Shown here piece by piece: positions 60,968-64,000 of a stretch of DNA of 64,000 nucleotides. The position numbers and the translations under genes are program-made. Within the stretch, counting starts at the first letter, position 1; each line of letters opens with the position of its first letter. Below the pieces are notes generated by a model, which worked only from the letters and a program-made list of their open reading frames with translations, was not told where the DNA came from and did not search any database. Source of the DNA: Vicugna vicugna (taxonomy: Eukaryota); assembly GCA_013265495.1 (NCBI GenBank), contig MU062295.1, positions 25,170,552-25,234,551 of the forward strand. The letters run 5' to 3'.

Positions 60968-60981
60968 GTTACCTAGGCAAC
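60968..60981. promoter_or_regulatory. RFX X-box motif (candidate binding site)
   Basis: GTTACCTAGGCAAC fits GTTRCC-NN-RGYAAC with no mismatch; binding not demonstrated. Confidence 0.55.
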
Positions 60982-62964
60982 GTTGTGTAAATAGAGCATG
61001 ATCAGTTCATTTGCTCTTTGTTTTGCTGTGTGTCAAAATTGGGTGGACCCTCCGTGGAGGCCACCATATTAAGTAACTTTTATTTTGAAAGAAAAAGAAA
61101 GCTGAAAGAAATAATGAGTACATTTTATCTTTCCCCAAAATGAAAGGGGTCACATGTACCAAGAGGAAAAGCTTACTTGAAACGTGAAAATTAACTAATG
61201 TATTTTTAAAACTGTAGCAGTTGGGTTGGGTAGAAGACAGAAGGAACCCTTTCCCCGGGTTCTGAAGGTGGCCTGGGTGTGGGGAGAGGCCAGTGGGATA
61301 TTACTTTCCAATCAGCTTCTCACTGCCTTCAGGCATTGTCAGTGTTCTTTCTTCCTGGATGGCAGAGCCACTTCTAATAATTACTGCTTTCAGCTAAACA
61401 ATAGTAGGCATTCACTTCCCAGTGAGAAAAATGACTTGGGTCATTCATGGGCTGCAGCTCTTCCTAGTGATTCAAATTCAGTGTGGCCTGATGGACAGGG
61501 CCATTACAGAGTATTAATAGCTTCACCATCTCGTGATGGCAGTGATTACTTCTTTAATGTCACTGACAAAATGATAGAGAAAAATCTACATGTCAGAAAC
61601 ACACCCTAGCCCCCAACCTAGAGGTAATGAAGGATGGAGAGGCAGAGTGAATTTTTAAAACATTTAAAACAAATTTAAACATCTTCAAAACAAAGCTTTT
61701 TTTAAAAGGAGTATATTTGAAGTCATGCCCCAGTGGGGCACAAACCATATTTTAGAAAATGCATTAGAAAAGGTTTCTCATGCATTTTAAAGAGGTATGA
61801 TTTGACTGTTAAATGTATTTTTCTCTAGATAAGTGTAGTGGTCATTTTAAAGTGTTAATTACAAGATCACTTTTGATTTTGCTATGTGCAATACAGACTC
61901 ACAAAGATTGGAGCATCGGATGTGAAGAAAGTAAACTCTACCCTCTCTAGTATATTTTGCTTAATAAAATAATCGCTGAAGAAGAAATGAGGACATTAAT
62001 CTTGATTCCAGCATCACTTTGCTGAGATTTTGAAGAAGAGTTAACCCTGGGGCCTCATTACCTCATCTAGAAAATGATGGGATAAGTTTAAATCTCTATG
62101 TTCCAATGCCATTCTAAGGTTTACACTTCGATAAGTATGGCTTTTTCTAAAGTATACTTAGTCATTATGGTTGATGATAAGTCATGATCTGAATAAGAAC
62201 TTTATTTTTAGTACATTGAAAGCAGATCAAAACAAAACAAAACAAAAATAACCTTGTTCTTTTGTATCTCTCAGCCCAGTCACTTCTTTTCCTGCATTGG
62301 AAATAAAAGTAAAATAAGGAGCATGAAAGAAAGTGCAGCTGTTTTAGAAAGGATCTTGTAAGGAAACAAACAAAACCAAGTCCTAACTGCAAAGGACTTC
62401 AAGAAAGCAGATTTGGGACCACAAAAATGCTTCCAGAGGGAGCAGAGCCAGCAGATAGATTGGATACGAAGTGTAGCAACATGACTCTTGATAGGGTGGG
62501 GGACAGAGTATAAACTGGGTCAGATAACTAAATATGAGTTCAAAGAAATGTCCTAATTCCAACTAAATGCCTTGAGATGGTTGTAGGAAGAGATGGCAAA
62601 GGAGCATTAAAGAAAATACACATTTTCAAATACACTGGCCAAAAGGGGAAGCTTAGAGAGGTGTTCTGCCCATTATACATGATGGATAAAAGCGAATGAT
62701 GGAAGGCATTGGCAAGGCAGGGGTTCTTCAGTGATGCTTTTATTCTTTGTCATTGTAGTGTGAATTAAATATGGATATATCACTGGAATAAGTCCCAGTT
62801 TTGATGAAAGGCTATAAAATTAAACTAAAATAAACAAAGAAGTGGGTCAAGAGTCACTAGGAAAGCATGTCTGTTTCTTTCAGTAAGGCTTTCTCTGGAG
62901 CATTGCCCACAGACTTGAAAAGTGCTTTTTCAGATCCATTAGGTGTTTTTGAGAAATCCTGGAG

Positions 62965-63478
62965 CAGCGGTTTTCAAAGTATGGTCTTGGAACACCTGAG
63001 GCTCTCAAGACTCTTTCAGGGGTCTGGGAGATCAGAACTATTTTCATAATAACATGAAGACATTATTGGCCTTTTGCATTCTCATTCTCTCCTGAGAATA
63101 CTGTGACGTTTCCCAGCAACTCCATGACTTACACTATCGCAAAAGAGTAAATGCAGAGGCAGATGTGAGGATCCAGATGTCTTCTATTAAGCCAGACATT
63201 AAAGACAGTTTCAAAAATGCAAAACAATGTTACTCATCTCAGCACTTTTTTTCTTTTTGGTATGGAAAATATAGGGGTTTTTTTCCCTCCCTAAAATGTT
63301 ATCTAAGATGTTTATTCTTATTATTAAATGAACTAGTATTTACACTTCTTTTTTCAGTTTTAATATCTAATAGTGTATGTATCAATGGCCATAATCTATC
63401 TCAAAAGCCCTCTGGGAGCCCTTGAAAATTTTCTAAGTGTGGCAAGGAGTCCTGAGACCAAAGCCTTAAGAATGGCTG
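62965..63478 (+). mobile_element. Charlie4-like hAT internal-deletion element (about 514 bp)
   Basis: TIRs CAGCGGTTTTCAAAG...TTAAGAATGGCTG; retains the transposase C-terminal remnant MRIQMSSIKPDIK...KQCYSSQH; TSD-like TCCTGGAG / TCCCTAGAG. Confidence 0.85.
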
Positions 63479-63589
63479 TCCCTAGAGGATAAGTAGTTTC
63501 TCTGAAGAGGGCAAAGGTGACCTTATTCTATGGCAGTGGCAGTTATACAAGTGCTAGCAATGATACATCTTGGGTGCTGCCTTGTTGGT

Positions 63590-63780
63590 TACCTCTGAGG
63601 CAGTTTAGTAGGAATTCTTATTTGATAACTCACAACAAACAAAGCAGTCAGGGCTATCGGCATTCTTCCCATTTTATAGATGGGAAAAGTTAGAATCAGG
63701 AAAGTGACTTTCCAAAGATCATAAGAGATAGTTAAGTAGAGCTGGAATCATTTGGATCTAAAGACTCCTAGTCCCATGTG
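63590..63780 (-). mobile_element. MIR SINE
   Basis: CTTCCCATTTTATAGATGGGAAAAG...GAAAGTGACTTTCCAAAGATCATAAGAGATAGTTAAGTAGAGCTGGAATC. Confidence 0.75.
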
Positions 63781-64000
63781 TTTGCCTGTCATTTTGGTGA
63801 CTGCGTTGGTGCTAGGATGAATCACAGTAGGACCACAGCACAGCACACGGCTGGCTCCACCTTCTTGTGAAGGACAACTTGTGTCAGATCAGTTTAATAT
63901 TCTCTACAACAAAGTAACAGGTATCACTTATACCCTGAATGATACCTGTGTGTTTGAAATCCAAAGACCAGGTGGAAAAAAAATTACAGAAAAATGAGAT

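Larger units (their letters stand above)
7616..64000 (+). other. ARHGAP18: ARHGAP18 intron 1 (continues beyond the window)
   Basis: Starts at the GT donor. No sequence encoding the expected exon 2 peptide (YGQYTMNQE...DELSMEDYW, from memory) was found by eye. Repeat-rich. Confidence 0.75.

Noticed and set aside
1-64000. CRISPR arrays, rRNA/snRNA genes, NUMTs, processed pseudogenes, prokaryote-type systems
   Set aside because: None recognised on either strand; the window is ordinary mammalian upstream and intronic DNA.

Overview
Mammalian genomic DNA, most likely camelid (five copies of a tRNA-derived Vic-1-like SINE plus cetartiodactyl-type L1 3' ends; species is an inference). The only host gene I can support is ARHGAP18 (RhoA GAP, + strand). 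It has a GC-rich promoter/5'UTR at about 7300-7502 and its first coding exon at 7503-7615 (MSWLSSSQGVVLTAYHPSGKDQ..., donor AG|GTAAG). Everything downstream appears to be intron 1; I could not find exon 2. Upstream lies a near full-length fossil hAT/Charlie transposase (- strand, about 370-2490) carrying a 73-nt palindrome. The intron holds the usual eutherian repeats (MIR, L2, MLT1, MER5A/8/20/33/45, Charlie4-like), camelid SINEs, a young sense-strand L1 and three N gaps. I found no CRISPR array, RNA gene or convincing new protein family, and I cannot claim a new biological system. The best leads are regulatory and all are hypotheses: (1) a uORF whose stop overlaps the ARHGAP18 start codon (ATGA); (2) RFX X-boxes in the promoter and intron, one beside a forkhead motif; (3) a CpG-rich intronic patch ending in a strong splice donor followed by G-runs, possibly an alternative first exon; (4) a TEAD/AP-1 motif cluster. 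Repeat boundaries and family names were judged by eye and from memory of consensus sequences, so they are approximate.
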